Shown in pieces: positions 1 to 7,103 of a DNA stretch of 14,245 bases. Source of the DNA: Gemmatimonadota bacterium (GTDB lineage Bacteria; Gemmatimonadota; Gemmatimonadetes; Gemmatimonadales; GWC2-71-9); assembly GCA_039591655.1 (NCBI GenBank), contig JBDHDE010000091.1, positions 1-14,245 on the forward strand, read 5' to 3'. The notes beneath the pieces are model-generated. The model did no database searches and was not told the DNA's origin. It worked only from the letters and a program-made list of their open reading frames with translations. The number at the start of each line of letters is the position of its first letter. Within the stretch, counting starts at the first letter, position 1. A program made the position numbers and the translations under genes.

Positions 1-2
1 CG

Positions 3-104
3 AACGCAAAACTCAGGTTCCACCTTCCGTGCGACGTGTCCTTTGAAGACTGCAAGATGGTTCCCATGTCCCAGCAGAAGGCTCGAGCCGCGCACGCTCA
101 GTAG
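3..104 (+). CDS. Possible 3' end of a gene entering from the left (…NAKLRFHLPCDVSFEDCKMVPMSQQKARAAHAQ*), product unknown
   Basis: Frame is open from base 3 to TAG at 102-104 and is followed by a hairpin (125-150) whose G-U pairs form on the + strand. Too short to identify. Confidence 0.3.
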   Translation, partial: NAKLRFHLPCDVSFEDCKMVPMSQQKARAAHAQ

Positions 105-124
105 TATCTGGAACCGGTGGTGCA

Positions 125-150
125 GTGGGCGCTCTTGTGGGGGCGCCCAC
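125..150 (+). terminator. Stem-loop, possible terminator or stabilising hairpin for a + strand transcript
   Basis: GTGGGCGCTC(T)-TGTG-(G)GGGCGCCCAC inverted repeat; the non-Watson-Crick positions are U-G wobbles on the + strand. No U-tract. Confidence 0.4.
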
Positions 151-155
151 GATCA

Positions 156-187
156 AGGCCCCGCCAGCCACCCGGCTGACGGGGCCT
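156..187 (-). terminator. Terminator-like hairpin downstream of tRNA-Ser
   Basis: On the - strand, AGGCCCCGUCAGCC-GGGU-GGCUGGCGGGGCCU forms a 14-bp stem with one U-G pair, starting 10 nt after the tRNA 3' end. U-tail is weak. Confidence 0.65.
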
Positions 188-196
188 AAGTCCTTA

Positions 197-280
197 CGGA
201 GGGCGGGGGACTCGAACCCCCAAGGGATCGCTCCCGGCGGTTTTCAAGACCGCTGCCTTACCAGTTAGGTCTAGCCCTCC
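197..280 (-). tRNA. tRNA-Ser(TGA), CCA not encoded
   Basis: Reverse complement folds as acceptor GGAGGGC/GCCCTCC, anticodon arm GCGGT-CTTGAAA-ACCGC (anticodon TGA), variable arm GGGA-GCGA-TCCC, T-arm GGGGG-TTCGAGT-CCCCC and discriminator G. Confidence 0.97.
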
Positions 281-289
281 CGATGCCGT

Positions 290-295
290 AAGATA
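290..295 (-). promoter_or_regulatory. Putative -10 box (TATCTT) of the tRNA promoter
   Basis: TATCTT (TAnnnT) on the - strand, 9 nt upstream of the tRNA 5' end, in a locally AT-rich patch. No clear -35 box. Confidence 0.45.
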
Positions 296-346
296 ATCAA
301 GCGCAACGATTTGCCCACACCCCCCCCACCACTGAGCGTCCGGTGT

Positions 347-2158
347 CTATTGGCGAAACGAGAAGGAGAACTCCCAGTCCACTCTGGAATTGGCTCCGGA
401 CGTCAGCCGAAACCTGGGCCCGGTGCTGAGCCGCAGGACATTGACCGGGCCGAGGAGTGATTTCTTAGTACTGCCCCAGAGCAGGAGTGAAGGCCCCCCG
501 GCCACAGTGAAGTGGGATCCAGTCACGTCTGGGTCCGGTAGCCAGGTGACAGTGGTATACCACGACACCCTCTGGAAGTAGCTGGAGAAGTACGTCAGCC
601 CCAGTGAGAATTCCGTGCCTTCGATGTCTTCCGCAGTACCGATGCCGGCCTGGATCTCGAAAAACCCTCGTACCGGTATGGGAAGTGAAAGCCACGGTAT
701 GACGAGCCCGGCCTCGAGCTGGTATCCGGAACCGGGCCAGGCGGTAAACCCCCATGAGATCAGGCGCAACACGTCTGCCGCGCGGTCGATGCTCTTCATC
801 GAGGGAGGGAACAGGTGAGGTTTGAGAATGAGAGTCGACCTATCCGTCGTGTACATCGAGTGTTTCCACACCTGCGCGCGGTGAGGCGCGAGCATTCCGC
901 CCTCTGGTTCTGACGGATCGGAGATCATGGCGCGGTTCCACGCCGCCATGCGTTGCACACTGAGAGAGTCTAGCGAGCCCACTCCCACGAGACTGTCGCG
1001 GCCAAGCAGCGTAGCAATCGAGTCCAACAGCGCCGCAACGGAGTCAATCGTGACCGTCCACTCCTGTGAGGTCAGCTCTGCAGCGGAATCTGGCAGCGCA
1101 TCGAAGAGCTCTTCGAACAGGGGAGCCGAAAGCAGCGCATAACCGTTACGGCCGGCACGAGATGAACCTCTGGGCCAAAGAACGACGGGATGAAGGGCCG
1201 AGTCCCGCGACAGGGTCATCTCGTCACGGTACTGGCCCCCGTAACCCATCTCTGATATGGCCTGGATATCCCGCGTGCCCCACGACTTGGTGGTCTGCCA
1301 GTTCACGTCGATCCCGAGCTGGAACTGGCCGTAGGGTGGCATGTCCGGCGCGCTCGAGTGCCCGCCCAGCTCAACGATGACGTCCGTGAGGGTGTCGACT
1401 CGAGCCAAGTCCGCGTGCCCGACGATGCTCTGGTTGCCGATGACCATGACGTTGTTGGGAACGCGCTCCGTATGACCTGCACCTACGACGATTCGAAAGC
1501 GGCAAGCCAGGACCGGGTCGGCCGGCACGTACACGAAGACGAACTCGATGTCCTCGGGGTGACCCACGAGTCCCCGATCACCCACGTAGTAGTAGTAGTA
1601 CTCGATGACCTTGAAGGGCTTGTCCTCGAGGTCCAGGGTGCGCCATTCTGATCCACTGGAACGATTCCAGGCAAGCAGGTCGCTCTGCAGATAGCGCCAG
1701 ATGTCGTCGTGCTCTCGTTCACTGAGGCTCTTCACTCGATAGTACACGGCCGGCACCGGGGCCACGGGTGGGGCCGTGCCTTTGGGGGGGCTCAGACGTG
1801 TGAGACCCTCGGCGTACCACGTGTTGAGTACATCCCACGAGGCGTGTACGGTATCGCTCTCACTGAAGGGCGCGATCTCCTCCAAGTCCTCGAAGTCGGT
1901 CAGTCCATTCGCGTTGTTGTCGAAGATGTCGAACGCTGAAAAGAACGGGATCGTCGGGAAGTACGGCTCGTTGGGAGCGAACCTGAGAACTGAAGCATAG
2001 CGTGCGGCCAAGGCGGCGTCGGAAGTATCCACGGTCGCCTCGCAGTGTGCCTGGGCTACCGCGAGGTTGGGGACCAAGAGCATGGCGAACAGAACCGCAG
2101 CGAGAGCCAGGCCGAGCCTCCTGCTGTCAGGTCCACCGGCGTCAGTGACACTCGTCAT
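347..2158 (-). CDS. Secreted/outer-membrane protein (603 aa): signal peptide, NPP1/Vps62-like domain with EF-hand loop, probable C-terminal beta-barrel
   Basis: The true start is ATG 2158 with GAGGAG upstream, not 3286. Signal peptide RRLGLALAAVLFAMLL…AVA-QA; motifs ARYASVLRFAPNEPYFP, IEYYYYY…GHPEDIEFVFV and VELGGHSS; amphipathic strands ending WEFSFSFRQ. Confidence 0.85.
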   Translation of the reverse strand: MTSVTDAGGPDSRRLGLALAAVLFAMLLVPNLAVAQAHCEATVDTSDAALAARYASVLRFAPNEPYFPTIPFFSAFDIFDNNANGLTDFEDLEEIAPFSESDTVHASWDVLNTWYAEGLTRLSPPKGTAPPVAPVPAVYYRVKSLSEREHDDIWRYLQSDLLAWNRSSGSEWRTLDLEDKPFKVIEYYYYYVGDRGLVGHPEDIEFVFVYVPADPVLACRFRIVVGAGHTERVPNNVMVIGNQSIVGHADLARVDTLTDVIVELGGHSSAPDMPPYGQFQLGIDVNWQTTKSWGTRDIQAISEMGYGGQYRDEMTLSRDSALHPVVLWPRGSSRAGRNGYALLSAPLFEELFDALPDSAAELTSQEWTVTIDSVAALLDSIATLLGRDSLVGVGSLDSLSVQRMAAWNRAMISDPSEPEGGMLAPHRAQVWKHSMYTTDRSTLILKPHLFPPSMKSIDRAADVLRLISWGFTAWPGSGYQLEAGLVIPWLSLPIPVRGFFEIQAGIGTAEDIEGTEFSLGLTYFSSYFQRVSWYTTVTWLPDPDVTGSHFTVAGGPSLLLWGSTKKSLLGPVNVLRLSTGPRFRLTSGANSRVDWEFSFSFRQ

Positions 2159-2208
2159 GATCGTGTGCTCCTCACAGGACCTACGAAGGACCCCTCCCAA
2201 GAGCTGAG

Positions 2209-3012
2209 CTAACTCCTGGCGACGGGAACTACCTGTCGCAGCGGGGCCCTCGCGATCCAGTAGATGCCGAGCGCCACCAGCGGCACCTGCAACGGGATGA
2301 TTGTGCCGAGAGCCGTAGCGGTTTCTGTGAATCCCACGACCTCGATGGCTCTGATGCTCAACACCGCATTCAGCACACCGTGAAACAGGACCACCGTCCA
2401 GATCGTCTTCCAGCGCAGCACGAGGGCCGCGAAGTAGATGCCCGACAAGAAGGTCATGACCAGCTTCATGGCCACCATATCGAGCGGCCTGCCCAGCGCG
2501 AGGTGAATGAGGTGCGAGCAGCTGAAGATCACCGCAGAATAGAGCACACTGCGGATGATCCCTTTGCGTGAATCTCCCCACAGCCGGAGGAAGGCATACA
2601 GGATGATGCCCCGGAATGGGATCTCCTCGATGGGTCCAGTTGCCAGCGCATTCACGCCCACTGAGAGCGACATGCCAGGGTTGGAGATTTCGGCCGAGAG
2701 GCCGCCGAAGAAGGCGAACTGGTACGCGATGGTCTCGTAGGCTATGAGCAGCAGCACCACCAGCCATGCTGCCACAGTTCCTCGGCTGGCGGTACCTGAG
2801 CCGTCGAGCCAGCCGAGGTGCCACAGCAGGTATAAGAAGAGGCCGGACGCGGCGAGTCTCCCCATCGCCTCCGTGAGTATTCGGCCGACTTCGTCTTGCG
2901 AGGTCACTGCGGCGAGGACACCTGCCACGATATAGAGGACCAGGACCGCCAGCGTGACGAGAACGCCGAACAGCACAGGGTGATTCGTCGCGAACCGCTT
3001 TAGTCCAGTCAT
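2209..3012 (-). CDS. CPBP (CAAX protease/Abi) family intramembrane glutamic endopeptidase (267 aa)
   Basis: Motifs EEIPFRG (EExxxR), FSCSH (FxxxH) and HGVLN (HxxxN), with multiple TM segments. ATG 3012 is preferred over 3192 because the extension does not look protein-like. Confidence 0.92.
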   Translation of the reverse strand: MTGLKRFATNHPVLFGVLVTLAVLVLYIVAGVLAAVTSQDEVGRILTEAMGRLAASGLFLYLLWHLGWLDGSGTASRGTVAAWLVVLLLIAYETIAYQFAFFGGLSAEISNPGMSLSVGVNALATGPIEEIPFRGIILYAFLRLWGDSRKGIIRSVLYSAVIFSCSHLIHLALGRPLDMVAMKLVMTFLSGIYFAALVLRWKTIWTVVLFHGVLNAVLSIRAIEVVGFTETATALGTIIPLQVPLVALGIYWIARAPLRQVVPVARS

Positions 3013-3162
3013 CGTGGCGCCTGCGGCTTTGGGGTTCAGTCCAGATCCGGAGACGAGCGTACGCACACAAGCTAGCGTTCGGGTTGAGGTCCCATAACCG
3101 CTGGGCCAGATTCCCTGCGGCGTATCGGCCCCACGGGTCTTGGGCCTGTGCTGGTTGACGCT

Positions 3163-3185
3163 CCCCGAAGTCGCGGGCTTCGGGG
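3163..3185. promoter_or_regulatory. Inverted repeat in the divergent CPBP/acylase intergenic region
   Basis: CCCCGAAG-TCGCGGG-CTTCGGGG with perfect 8-bp arms, just 3' of TTGACG (3155-3160). Confidence 0.4.
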
Positions 3186-3212
3186 TCCTCACTGCCGCGA
3201 CCTGGAGCAGTA

Positions 3213-5354
3213 ATGCGAGCGATCTTGGTTTCCCTGAGTGTCATTACCCTTACCGCCGTCCCGCCCGTAGTAGGGCAGGACGCCACCTCTTACCCGGACC
3301 GCGTCGAGATCCGCCGCACCTCGTACGGGGTGCCCCACATTCTGGCGCAGGATCTCGGAGCCCTGGGCTATGGGCTGGCGTGGGTCCAGCTCGAGGATTA
3401 CGGGACGAAGGTTGTTGTGAACTTCATCCGCAGCCGCGGGGAGCTGGCGCGCTACTTCGGGCGGGACTCGATCGAGTCGGATTACCTGTTCAAGTGGACG
3501 CACCAGCAGATGCAGGAGACCTATCACCGGCTGCACGCGGACACCCGCGAGCTGTTCGAGGGGTTCGCGGCGGGGGTGAACCGCTACGTGGAGCTGCACC
3601 CGGACGAGTTCGCCGAGTGGAGGCTGCCGCGGTTCACGGCCCGCGACGTAGCAGCGCTGTGGGTGGACGAGACCGTGGGCCCCGCCGCGGGCCGCTTCTT
3701 GAGGGCGCAGGCCCGGCGCCGTGCCGCGGCCGACTCGCTGGCGCTGCTGGGCGCCGGCTCCAACGCCTGGGCCTTTGCGCCGAGCCGGACGAAGTCCCGG
3801 AGGGCGATCCTGCTCAGGAACCCCCACCTCAATTGGCGGGCGGGCTACTACGAGGTGCACGTCACCGTGCCCGGCGTGATCAATTTCTACGGCGACTTCC
3901 GCATCGGGTATCCGCTCTACTTCAACGGTGGGTTCAACGAGCATCTGGGCTGGGCCACGACCAACAACAACCCGGACCTTGAGGAGGTCTACGCGCTGGA
4001 GGTGGACCCGCGGCACCCGGACCGCGTGCTGTTCGACGGCGCCTCGCTGCCGGTGACTCGCGTGCCGATCACCGTGTACTGGAAGAACGGTCCCGGTCTA
4101 TCCAGCGATACGCGCGAGGAGTGGGAAACGCCGCTGGGTCCCGTGGCGGACCGCGGGGAAGGGAAGGTCTACGTGCTGCGGTCGCCGGGGTGGGGCGAGT
4201 ACCGCAAGGCCGAGCAGTTCCTGCGGATGATGCAGGCCTCGAGCCTCGAGGAGTGGAAGGCCGCCATGCGGATGAAGGCACACACGGAGTCGAACCACAC
4301 GTACGCCGACCGCGAGGGGAACGTGTTCTACGTGTGGAACGCCGCGATCCCGCGCCGACCCGATGATGCGTCCGGCGCAGACACGGCGGCTGTCCCCGCA
4401 GCCGGCACGGCTGACATGTGGACCGTGATCACCCCGTGGGACTCGCTGCCCCAGCTCTTGAACCCGCGGGGCGGCTACCTACAGAACGCCAACGATCCGT
4501 TCCACTTCACCAACCTGAGTGCGGTGATCGACTCTGCGGCGTTCCCGCCTTACTTCCCGCGTCCGGATGTCAGGCTGCGATCGCAGCACAGCCTCGACCT
4601 GGTTCACGGGCGGGAGAAGGTGAGTCTGGAGGACGTGCTGCGGCTCAAGATGTCCTATCGGATGCTGGCGGCCGAGCGGTTCAAGGACGATCTGCTGGAG
4701 GCGGTGCGGGCGACTGCGCCTGGTGGTGACACTGCCCGGGCGGTGGCCGTGCTGGAAGCCTGGGACAACACCGTGGCGCCGGAGTCCCGCGGAGGTGTGC
4801 TGTTCGAGGCCTGGTTCCGCCGCTACGTGGCGGCCGACTCGGGAGATGCGCGGCCGTTCCGTGAGCGGTGGCGCACCATCTGGGCACGGCCCTGGAGCGC
4901 GGCGGAGCCCGTGAGCACTCCCGACGGTATCGCCGACCCCGAGCGGGCGGTGCGCCTATTCGGCTGGGCGGTCGAGGAGACGAAAGAGCGGTTCGGCGCG
5001 CTGGACGTCGCCTGGGGGGAGGTACACCGGGTGCGACTGGGCGACCTGGATCTTCCGGTGGGCGGCTGCTCGGGCTTCCTCGGTTGCTTCCGCGTGCTGT
5101 GGTTCGACGACCAGGAGGACGGCAAGCGGGCGGTGGCCGGTGGGGACGGCTGGGTCGTCGCCGTGGAGTTCGGGCGCGACGGCCCCCGGGCATACTCGGT
5201 GCTGGCTTACGGCGAGAGCGGCCGGCCGGAGTCGCCGCATCACACGGACCAGGCCGAGATGTTCGTGCGAGGCGAGTTTAAGCGGGTGGCGTTCACCGAG
5301 GAGGAGATCGCCGCGAACCTCGTACGGCGCTACCGGCCGGGCGTGGCGCCGTGA
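3213..5354 (+). CDS. Penicillin acylase family Ntn hydrolase (peptidase S45; glutaryl-7-ACA/AHL-acylase-like), secreted
   Basis: GGAG RBS; signal peptide; alpha-subunit motif IRRTSYGVPHI; autoprocessing site G|SNAWA (Ser183); NPHL; ETPLGPV; YAD; QNAND; C-terminal YGES…SPHHTDQA. Substrate cannot be determined. Confidence 0.95.
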   Translation: MRAILVSLSVITLTAVPPVVGQDATSYPDRVEIRRTSYGVPHILAQDLGALGYGLAWVQLEDYGTKVVVNFIRSRGELARYFGRDSIESDYLFKWTHQQMQETYHRLHADTRELFEGFAAGVNRYVELHPDEFAEWRLPRFTARDVAALWVDETVGPAAGRFLRAQARRRAAADSLALLGAGSNAWAFAPSRTKSRRAILLRNPHLNWRAGYYEVHVTVPGVINFYGDFRIGYPLYFNGGFNEHLGWATTNNNPDLEEVYALEVDPRHPDRVLFDGASLPVTRVPITVYWKNGPGLSSDTREEWETPLGPVADRGEGKVYVLRSPGWGEYRKAEQFLRMMQASSLEEWKAAMRMKAHTESNHTYADREGNVFYVWNAAIPRRPDDASGADTAAVPAAGTADMWTVITPWDSLPQLLNPRGGYLQNANDPFHFTNLSAVIDSAAFPPYFPRPDVRLRSQHSLDLVHGREKVSLEDVLRLKMSYRMLAAERFKDDLLEAVRATAPGGDTARAVAVLEAWDNTVAPESRGGVLFEAWFRRYVAADSGDARPFRERWRTIWARPWSAAEPVSTPDGIADPERAVRLFGWAVEETKERFGALDVAWGEVHRVRLGDLDLPVGGCSGFLGCFRVLWFDDQEDGKRAVAGGDGWVVAVEFGRDGPRAYSVLAYGESGRPESPHHTDQAEMFVRGEFKRVAFTEEEIAANLVRRYRPGVAP

Positions 5355-5384
5355 TCAGCCGCTGAGGGGGTGTGCTCAGTCGCC

Positions 5385-6852
5385 CTAGCGTCGCAGCCGC
5401 TCGACGAGTGCCTGGTAGCGCGCTTCGCCGTGCAGCGGCTCGAAAGCGGGGTCTGCCGCAAGGCGTTCGGCAGCCCACAGCCACCCGGCGTCCACCAGAC
5501 ACTCCAACCCGTCCAAGGCCCCCTGGGCGTTACCGAGCGCCAGCTGAGCCTGGGCACCGAACTGGCACACCCGCGGGTGTCCGGGCTTGACCGCGTCGGC
5601 GATCGCCAGCGCCGCCAGCGCCTTGTGCGGCTCGCCTTGCTCGAGGTGCTGGCGCGGCTCGTAGAACGCGGTATGCACGAAGATCCACTCGAGGGCGCGC
5701 TGCGCACCGAGGGCGCCCAGCGGGTCGTCGGCGTCGGCGGCCTCCTCCCGGAGCCGTGTGATCTCCAGATGCTCGAGGGCTAGCTCGAGCCCCAGCGGGG
5801 AGCCCGACCGGATCATCTGTGCCACGAATTCTATGCGCCGCTGCAACTCGGAGGTCCGCAGCGCGAACTCGTCGAGGCGCCGTCGGGTGTCTAGCACAAC
5901 GGCGGACTGCTCCAGCTCGTCTGCCTTGGCCTGCGCTGGCTCAGTCGGGCGGAGTCCCCGGAAATCCTCGGCAATCGCGCTGTAGCGCACGAACGCCTCG
6001 TACGTCCGGCCTGCCGTCTCCAATTCACGCGCCTCGGCGAGGCGGCGCGCGTAGATGGAGTCGATGGGAACCGCAGCGGCCGCGCGCAGGCCTGCCTTCA
6101 CCGCCAGCAGCTCCATCCAGTCCAGCGCCTCCGCGAACACCTCGGCCGGGGGCCAGGCGTGGGGTCCGTCGTGGAACCGCAGGCGGTGGGCGATGCCGTA
6201 GCGATCCAGAAGGCCGTCCAGCGCGCGGACCTCGTCGAAGTTGAAGTCTGTAACTCCCGCTCCCCCGAAGAAGCCGAAGTGTGCTCCCAGGGATTGGGCC
6301 GCTGCGGGGAAGAAGTTGCTGGTGGGCAGGCCGGCGCCGAAGCCCAGGATGCCGGCCAGGGGGACGGAGAGGCGGGGAGCGAACAGCCAGGCGACCCGGG
6401 CGGTGCCGGAGAAGCCGGCGAAATACAACCGTCGGCGATCAACGGCGTAGCGCTCCACCAGGTCGGTGAGCATGGCGGTCATGGCCCGGAAGTTGGGCTC
6501 CGGTGGGCCGTCACTCAGCGTGTTGTGAGAGCTGAGGACCACGTATCCGTGCCGCTCGGCGGGTTCCACGACCCGGCGCAGCGGCACCAAAGCGCGACCC
6601 CGGGGGTCCATGAGGATGAGCACCGGCCAGCGGGTATCCGGGCGGTAGCGCGAAGGCAGATAGAGGGCGTACCGCTGGCTCGGGTCCGCGCGGCAGGCGA
6701 TGGACTCGATGATCTCGCCGCGCGGCAGGGTATCGGGGTCGAGGGCCTGGGCGCCCGCGGGGGGGACGGCCCAGGTGAGCGGGCCGGCCAGCGTTGCGGC
6801 GAGCAGCCACAGCGGCGCGGGCGCGGGGCGCGGGTGCGGATCGCGGGTTCAT
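5385..6852 (-). CDS. Secreted alpha/beta-hydrolase (esterase-like) with C-terminal helical/TPR-like region; 1-bp frameshift near the 5' end (about 488 aa if corrected)
   Basis: The body frame is open from 6848 and encodes LWLLAATLAG…AGAQA, then YALYLP, the GFSGT nucleophile elbow, TDFN and GPHAWP. The only upstream ATG (6852) is one base out of frame, so the ORF-track start at 6623 truncates the protein. Confidence 0.8.
6815..6839. repeat. Short hexamer tandem repeat (GCGCGG)n with one extra G
   Basis: GCGCGG GCGCGG G GCGCGG GTGCGG; coincides with the hydrolase frameshift. Confidence 0.6.
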
Positions 6853-7103
6853 CTGGCTATTAGACCGGTTCTGGAGGGGCCTGGTTCCCCCGGTGGGCCT
6901 GCCGCATCCGGTGACGGCTCTGGTCCCGGGCGGCGGGGCTCCCTAACTTCGGGTGGCGAAGCGGGCCGCATACCCCCCTAGCTCCAATCCCGTCCTCCCG
7001 GTGACGGAGGTTACGGTCCCTTCCGCGTGGCACGGCACATTGGATCTGGCAGCCGCCGAACCGGGCGGACGCGTGGCTGCGTGGCGGCCGGGAGTGTAGA
7101 GCC

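Noticed and set aside
197..280. tRNA as tRNA-Sec or a suppressor
   Set aside because: The anticodon is TGA (reads UCA, Ser), not TCA, and the stems follow the standard 7/5 arrangement.
1586..1600. (GTA)5 trinucleotide run
   Set aside because: It encodes YYYYY in the aromatic strand before the GHPEDIE motif and is in frame, so it is not a contingency repeat.
2159..3286. 376-codon N-terminal extension of the 979-aa ORF overlapping the CPBP gene (possible overlapping gene or frameshift fusion)
   Set aside because: It is the -1 shadow frame of a GC3-rich gene, where stops are expected to be rare. The translation is Arg/Pro/Gly-rich, and ATG 2158 has its own RBS and signal peptide.
6849..6851. 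In-frame TGA at the head of the hydrolase body frame as possible selenocysteine or readthrough
   Set aside because: It lies upstream of a signal peptide, not at a catalytic position. A 1-bp indel explains the data more simply.
7028..7043. TGGCACG…TTGG sigma54-like promoter upstream of the aminomutase
   Set aside because: The -24 box matches, but the -12 element is shifted by one base and reads GG rather than GC. Sigma54 needs strict GG-N10-GC spacing.
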